Assembly (NCBI RefSeq): GCF_000181795.1
Contig: NW_003526947.1
Location: 72,622-116,157 of the forward strand
Direction: 5' to 3'
From: Trichinella spiralis
Lineage: Eukaryota
DNA length: 43,536 nt
The position numbers and the translations under genes were made by a program. A model generated the notes under the pieces. The model saw only the letters and a list, made by a program, of their open reading frames with translations, did not search any database and was not told the DNA's origin. Positions 36,020-43,536 of the stretch are shown in pieces (positions within the stretch are counted from its first letter, which is position 1; every line of letters begins with the position of its first letter).

Positions 36020-36714
36020 AATTGATGTTGGATTGAGCAAAAAAGAAGTCAAGTTACATTGTTTCAAAATATTTAACGGGAATAAGATACATGGTTTGTA
36101 ACCGAACAGCAAGACCAGCATATCATTCAACAGCTGGGACGGTGCTTCATCATGCAATCATATTTAAGCATTGTTCGCTCTGACAAATGCCAATAATGTT
36201 CGCCAGGAATGCCTTTATCCTTAAGTAGTTATATGTAGCGGGAGGATGACGAACAAAGTCACTGAATTTGCACGCAGTTTTCTGATCCAGTGCTCTGACT
36301 ATGTACTAATGCACAATCGTATCAGTAAAAATTTGGCAGATGTGCAACTGCGCATCAACTTGCTGGTACCACAGATGACATTGGGAGGTCCAATACGTTG
36401 GTAGCTTCATTGAAAGTGCGTTCTCTGTTTGAAAATTCGAGAGTTCATTTACGCCATGCAAGGATCCAAAAATATTGTTCACAACAATCGGCTAACTAGT
36501 AAAGCGTCTTGCTTGTCTATTTATTCTTAGCATAAGACTACTGTACATATTAGTCACGGTTTCTGTGATTTTCAGGTTCCAATACATCTCTCATGGTATG
36601 TAGATCAGTTTGTATAATCCGTTTAGCGGCGTTTATAATTGCAAGTAGAAAGTCATTTTGTTGACTCTTCCCAAGATGGTTTAAAGTTTTGCTCTCCTTT
36701 GGTCCCACTATGTT
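36020..36714. repeat. Spacer block duplicated at ~42815-43513 (its left part also at ~33825-33936)
   Basis: Near-identical sequence at ~6.8-kb offset. Confidence 0.92.
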
Positions 36715-37290
36715 CCCCTTCGGGCCCATTGTTCACTTATTGGTCGTTGACCACGCTATTTTATTGGACCGTCATGTCTTTGTCGTATTGGTTTTCCTTT
36801 TCTAATTGCTCATTGATTCAAATTTTTCCCTTGTGATTAGCTGTAATATTTTTTTTCATTTCATTGGTTCAAATATTCCATTTAGGATTAGGATTACGTA
36901 ATTTTGATAGTAGTGACGTAACATAAAAAATGGAAATATTATTTCAAAATTTTATTGTGTCTGTTTGAAGTTTCGTCATTCATTGAAATTTTGTTTATTT
37001 GAATATATTATTTGTGGTGAAGTTTATACTTTTTCATGATCAGCATTCCTGAAAATAATTTTTATCATTATTTTATATTTTATTGTACCAAAGTGACGTT
37101 ATATCAAATGCGATAGTAATAATTCAGAAAAAATAACACAAAAAATAAGTTAAATAGTTATTTTTATTTTTCACTAGCCAACAGCACTAACAACAACAGT
37201 AAAAAACAACAGTGAACGGCATAACAAAGTAGAAACAACGAAAAAGGAAAAAACTAAATAATACAATACAATGAAATAAAAAACTAATAT
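36650..37290 (-). mobile_element. MULE family 3' end
   Basis: Homologous to 31950-32490 and 8310-8820, and to the reverse complement of 11200-11468. A further copy begins at ~43450. Confidence 0.8.
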
Positions 37291-37939
37291 AAATAAGCGG
37301 TGGCCAGGAGCCTTCATATCTTCTTCCTTGTTTCTGCTTCGGTCTATTACCAATTTCCCTCCTGATATATAAGTCTGCTCTGACTGTCTGTAAATAAATT
37401 TGTTGCCAGTTTAAATTTATCAAGATTGGATGTTAACTTCCGGGTGTAATGTCAGAATACTGTATAATCTGTTTGAAAAATCTGGAATGCTGTAGCAACA
37501 CTTCCAATTTCCGGGTTACAAATGGCACTAATGCTAACGTTACGCGTTAGCTCGCAATTTCATTGAATTTTACGCATGATTTCACGCATATGCCTTTGTC
37601 AAACATTCTTCGATTTTCTCGTCACATCACGTATGTTAGTAAAGGCGATTTGAATACAAAGGGAAAATGCACAAGTGACAAATTGTTCACAGTTGCAGCT
37701 TTCAAGCTAAACCAAGGAGTGACAACTCGTAAATTGTTAGCATCTGATGAATTTCTTGATTTTACTGGGAGTGTTCTATTTAAATCTTTCTTGTTTACAA
37801 TCCAAGAATTTTACTTTAATATTTACAAAGTTTCTTTTGTTAAAAAAAAACATCCATATATGTATTTTTATACATGTCGATGAGGTTTGCTGTTTGTATG
37901 AAAAATGCTGTTTGACGTTCATATATTTCATATAAAATG

Positions 37940-38086
37940 CAGTCGAACTTGGTTAAGTGCACATTGAATAAGTGCATAAGATTTTGGCCGAAAAAATTCC
38001 CTGTAGTTAATTAAACGATAAAATAATGAATAAGTGCATGGAAATTCTTGCCAAATTCCATGCTCACTTATAACCAAGTTCAAATG
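37940..38086. mobile_element. 147-bp Tc1/pogo-type MITE
   Basis: Left end CAGTCGAACTTGGTTAAGTG; right end reverse complement CATTTGAACTTGGTTATAAGTG. TA on the right flank, TG on the left. A second copy lies at 10660-10762. Confidence 0.7.
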
Positions 38087-39669
38087 TAATTTGAAATACA
38101 ACATCAAACAGATCAGCTACATCATAAGCGCTGCTTTTGATGCGGAATATTTAAATATTTCGTTATCATTGAAAGGTTGCAAATGGAAATAAAAACAGAT
38201 GGCAATTTAAGTGATCACCAACGCACTAGTCGGTTTTGTTCAGATGTTGAAATAGAAAGTTTACAATTTACACCAAATATATAAATAAATTTGTTTTTTG
38301 ATTTGTAAATAATATTGAAAATTTTTAATTTTTTATTTAAATAAAATATACGAAAGTTGAAAAGTTGAAAGTGAAATTCTTTGATTGCTAGCAAGATAGA
38401 TTTTGAGAGAACAGTCAGACGGAAAGTAGAGAAGTATTTAATGCTAACAAATTAGCTGTTGCCATGCCTAATTTTAGCTGACAACTGCAGCTGTGGACAA
38501 TTCATCACTTGTTGATTTTTCCATTGTATTGCAATCGTCTTTAGCTACACATCTGAACATTTTCTAACAAACGAAAAAGCATCTAATGCATAAATCTCAC
38601 ATAATTACTAACTAAAACGTAATTTATCTGACAAGCAAAGCAACTGCTGGGGTTGACATTTATTTCGAACTGTATTTATCCACTTGGCTTGATAAAAGTA
38701 AAGCACTTTAATGATGCTAACAGAAAGAAAGCAGTAAATGGTACCGACCAGAATAGTTGTTCTTTTCATAAGTTTGCATTTTATCAACTTATTTGTTTCG
38801 CACCATTTAATGTTGCGCGGCATCTATATGAACAGCACCTCACTTTTTTATATCAATCAAATTATTCAGTTTTTTCTATAAAAATTAAATATACGATATC
38901 ATAAAGTTAAGAAAAATTATCAGCCATGCTACCATGAATACAAAAAGTAAAAACAGTGAAACATTGAATTAGAAAACTTACCATTGATAGAAATTGAAAA
39001 TTTTACAAATGGAATTTCTAAGAACAACAACCATTCATTTAAATGTGAAAAAGCAGGTAAAATTCTCTTTGGCAAATCAGTTCTACTCATTATTAAATAA
39101 TAATAAAAATATTCAATACAATACAAACTTAAAGCATACAAATTCCGGAAGATAAAGATTAATACGACCGTGCAAGTGGTTAGTTGGAATACATTTGTAC
39201 TGCATTGCATTGTAACTGTACTGTATTGCATTATATTGTATTGTGTAGATTTTTTATTTTCTCATCGTAATTTCATTCTCTAACTTTTCTCAATTTGAGA
39301 ACAACAGAATTATTATAATACAGTCAGAAGGCTTCAAATAAAATTTGACAAATAGAATGAAATAAAATTTGACAAATAAAATGCAAAACATAGACAACAA
39401 ATAAAATTTAGAGACAGGCGTCAAAGCAGCAACCAAAAAAATTTCAGTGAGAAAAAATAGGCGGAGACAGAAGGGAAATAAATCGGTTCTACTACATTTG
39501 AACCAATGAAAAGAAAAAACATGAAAGATTTGAATCAATGACAATTAGACAAGCAAAATCAATAAGTCAACGAATTGACGGCCCAATAAAATAGCGAAGT
39601 CAACGAACAATAAGTAAATAGTGCGACGGATCTGGACCCTCCATGGGCCAGAGTTAGTCCGACCTTGAT

Positions 39670-40842
39670 ATGAGTTTCACAGGAGATAAGCGTAAGCGGA
39701 CAGTCGTTGATTCGGGCATCCACTTCACACAGTACCGTTTAAAGCTCATCAGCGATATAATAATTCAATAATTCCACTAAATGTACAGCGCAGATGCTGC
39801 CATCCAGTTCCTGAAGGAATTCCATTTCTCTGGAACTGCACCTACTCCAATACGGTCTTTCTTTCACAGTCTGATGGAGTATCTTTATCATCGAGATGTA
39901 CTCGCTCCGCCAGTGTTTTCAAATAATGGCGAAAACGTTCCTCTGGTGATTCCACCGACGCTTAATTCGTTTCATGCCGGTGTTTCTCTCTCTGCCACTT
40001 CGTCCATAATTGACGACAAGCTCCGCCGAAGAAAGAAATGGACCAGAGATTGCGCGAGGATGTCATGAGTCCCACAGGAGATAACCGTAAGCGGACAGTC
40101 GTTGATTCGGGCATCCACTTCACACAGTACCGTTTAAAGCTCATCAGCGATATAATAATTCAATAATTCCACTAAATGTACAGCGCAGATGCTGCCATCC
40201 AGTTTCTGAAGGAATTCCATTTCTCTGGAACTGCACCTACTCCAATACGGTCTTTCTTTAACAGTCTGATAGAGTATCTTTATCATCGAGATGTACTCGC
40301 TCCGCCAGTGTTTTCAAATAATGACGACAGCGTTCCTCTGGTGATTCCACCGACGCATAATTCGTTTCATGCCGGTGCTTCTCTCTCTGCCACTTCGTCC
40401 ATAATTGACGACAAGCTCCGCCGAAGAACGAAATGGACCGGAGATTGCGCGAGGTTGTCATGAGTCCCACAGGAGATAACCGTAAGCGGACAGTCGTTGA
40501 TTCGGGCATCCACTTCACACAGTACCGTTTAAAGCTCATCAGCGATATAATAATTCAACAATTCCACTAAATGTACGGTGCAGATGCTGCCATCCAGTTC
40601 CTAAAGGAATTCCATTTCTCTGGAACTGCACCTACTCCAAAACGGTCTTTCTTTAACAGTCTGATAGAGTATCTTTATCATCGAGATGTACTCGCTCCGC
40701 CAGTGTTTTCAAATAATGACGACAGCGTTCCTCTGGTGATTCCACCGACGCTTAATTCGTTTCATGCCGGTGCTTCTCTCTCTGCCACTTCGTGGGGAGG
40801 TGACGACAAACTCCGCCGTAAAACTACATGCACCGGAGATTG
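39670..40842. repeat. 395-bp satellite, ~3 tandem copies
   Basis: Equivalent positions 39781, 40176 and 40571 (period 395). Confidence 0.97.
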
Positions 40843-41868
40843 NNNNNNNNNNTCTGACAAGCAAAGCAACTGCTGGGGTTGACATTTATTTCGAACTGTA
40901 TTTATCCACTCGGCTTGATAAAAGTAAAGCACTTTAATGATGCTAACAGAAAGAAAGCAGTAAATGGTACCGACCAGAATAGTTGTTCTTTTCATAAGTT
41001 TGCATTTTATCAACTTATTTGTTTCGCACCATTTAATGTTGCGCGGCATCTATATGAACAGCACCTCACTTTTTTATATCAATCAAATTATTCAGTTTTT
41101 TCTATAAAAATTAAATATACGATATCATAAAGTTAAGAAAAATTATCAGCCATGCTACCATGAATACAAAAAGTAAAAACAGTGAAACATTGAATTAGAA
41201 AACTTACCATTGATAGAAATTGAAAATTTTACAAATGGAATTTCTAAGAACAACAACCATTCATTTAAATGTGAAAAAGCAGGTAAAATTCTCTTTGGCA
41301 AATCAGTTCTACTCATTATTAAATAATAATAAAAATATTCAATACAATACAAACTTAAAGCATACAAATTCCGGAAGATAAAGATTAATACGACCGTGCA
41401 AGTGGTTGGAATACATTTGTACTGCATTGCATTGTAACTGTACTGTATTGCATTATATTGTATTGTGTAGATTTTTTATTTTCTCATCGTAATTTCATTC
41501 TCTAACTTTTCTCAATTTGAGAACAACAGAATTATTATAATACAGTCAGAAGGCTAGAAATAAAATTTGACAAATAAAATGCAAAACATAGACAACAAAT
41601 AAAATTTAGAGACAGGCGTCAAAGCAGCAACCAAAAAAATTTCAGTGAGAAAAAATAGGCGGAGACAGAAGGGAAATAAATCGGTTCTACTACATTTGAA
41701 CCAATGAAAAGAAAAAACATGAAAGATTTGAATCAATGACAATTAGACAAGCAAAATCAATAAGACAACGAATTGACGGCCCAATAAAATAGCGAAGTCA
41801 ACGAACAATAAGTAAATAGTGCGACGGATCTGGACCCTCCATGGGCCAGAGTTAGTCCGACCTTGTCC

Positions 41869-42572
41869 TGAGTTTCACAGGAGATAAGCGTAAGCGGACA
41901 GTCGTTGATTCGGGCATCCACTTCACACAGTACCGTTTAAAGCTCATCAGCGATATAATAATTCAATAATTCCCCTAAATCTACGGCGCAGATGCTGCCA
42001 TCCAGTTCCTGAAGGAATTCCATTTCTCTGGAACTGCACCTACTCCAATACGGTCTTTCTTTAACAGTCTGATAGAGTATCTTTATCATCGAGATGTACT
42101 CGCTCCGCCAGTGTTTTCAAATAATGGCGACAACGTTCCTCTGGTGGTCCCACCGACGCATAATTCGTTTCATGCCGGTGCTTCTCTCTCTGCCACTTCG
42201 TCCATAATTGACGACAAGCTCCGCCGAAGAAAGAAATGGACAGGAGATTGCGCGAGGTTGTCATGAGTCCCACAGGAGATAACCGTAAGCGGACAGTCGT
42301 TGATTCGGGTATCCACTTCAAACACTACCGTTTAAAGCTCATCAGCGATATAATAATTCAACAATTCCATTAAATCTACGGCGCAGGTGCTGCCATCCAT
42401 TTTCTGAAGGAATTCCATTTCTCTGGAACTGCAACTACTCCAATACGGTCTTTCTTTAACAGTCTGATGGAGTATCTTTATCATCGAGATGTACTCGCTC
42501 CGCCAGTGTTTTCAAATAATGGCGAAAACGTTCCTTTGGTGATCCCACCGACGCATAATTCGTTCATTGCGG
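41869..42572. repeat. 395-bp satellite, ~1.8 copies
   Basis: Same unit, again directly after the MULE end. Confidence 0.95.
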
Positions 42573-42581
42573 NNNNNNNNN

Positions 42582-43536
42582 NCTTGACTTAAATTTAGGC
42601 GTATTAATTAGTATTTATGAGGAATGTAACTTGATGAATTATGCTGCTAAATGCTTCACTTGGCGTGGTTGCCTTTCACAGGAAATTTTGAAGTCAATGG
42701 ACTGCGCTGGCGAGTGAACAACTCTGACCAAGTAGTCAAAGTGTTTTGGGCCCATATTTTCTTGGTTTTTATGCCGCACCATATGACCATGAAATGCCTA
42801 CTGTCAGGAGTCTTTGAATTTGATGCTGGATTGTAGCAGAAAGAAGTCAGTTTACATTTGTTTCAAAAATATTTACCGGAATAAGATACATGGTTCGTAA
42901 CCGAACAGCAAGACCAGCATATCATTCAACAGCTGGGACGGTGCTTCATCATGCAATCATATTTAAGCATTGTTCGCTCTGACAAATGCCAATAATGTTC
43001 GCCAGGAATGCCTTTATCCTTAAGTAGTTATATGTAGCGGGAGGATGACGAACAAAGTCACTGAATTTGCACGCAGTTTTCTGATCCAGTGCTCTGACTA
43101 TGTACTAATGCACAATCGTATCAGTAAAAATTTGGCAGATGTGCAACTGCGCATCAACTTGCTGGTACCACAGATGACATTGGGAGGTCCAATACGTTGG
43201 TAGCTTCATTGAAAGTGCGTTCTCTGTTTGAAAATTCGAGAGTTCATTTTCGCCATGCAAGGATCCAAAAATATTGTTCACAACAATCGGCTAACTAGTA
43301 AAGCGTCTTGCTTGTCTATTTATTCTTAGCATAAGACTACTGTACATATTAGTCACGGTTTCTGTGATTTTCAGGTTCCAATACATCTCTCATGGTATGT
43401 AGATCAGTTTGTATAATCCGTTTAGCGGCGTTTATAATTGCAAGTAGAAAGTCATTTTGTTGACTCTTCCCAAGATGGTTTAAAGTTTTGCTCTCCTTTG
43501 GTCCCACTATGTTGGGGGGTGGGGCGCATTGATCAC
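42582..43536. repeat. Spacer block of the higher-order repeat (matches 33597-33936 and 36020-36714), running into a MULE end
   Basis: Direct sequence identity with both earlier blocks. Confidence 0.9.

Noticed and set aside
39781..40882. Tandem 95-aa protein-coding gene family
   Set aside because: The ATG is absent in several copies (e.g. ~33007, ~34208, ~41979), one copy has an internal stop (~35782), and there is no domain or promoter; treated as satellite.
1..43536. CRISPR array, rRNA or prokaryotic/phage system
   Set aside because: No short repeat-unique spacer arrays, operons or rRNA motifs; spliceosomal introns and metazoan TEs indicate an animal nuclear genome.

Overview
AT-rich eukaryotic draft-assembly window with 11 N gaps and short GT-AG introns. 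It is most likely nematode; Trichinella-like is my inference from intron size and TE repertoire and is not verified. It is dominated by repeats and transposon relics. These include a 1121-bp tandem array carrying a Pol III B-box/hairpin cassette (1-5020), two Buster-type hAT relics, several FLYWCH-MULE (Mutator) fragments and ends, mariner relics, a TTAA piggyBac-type MITE, a pogo/Tc1-type MITE, and a truncated BEL/Pao-like LTR element (LTR + tRNA-Tyr PBS + gag-like ORF). There is also a ~1.2-kb inverted duplication (14.9-16.1 / 24.2-25.5 kb) and a 395-bp satellite embedded in a higher-order repeat (32.6-43.5 kb). Three host genes can be modelled by eye: (1) a CK1/TTBK-family kinase with an unusual hydrophobic N-terminal leader and a 64-bp frameshifting insertion; (2) a 137-aa single-TM orphan gene with TATA/Inr and a 51-bp 5'UTR intron; (3) a 7-exon, 543-aa EGF-repeat type I membrane protein with a very basic tail. 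The best novelty candidates are the arrayed Pol III-like structured RNA cassette and the possibly secreted kinase. Some duplications next to 10-N gaps are probably assembly artefacts.
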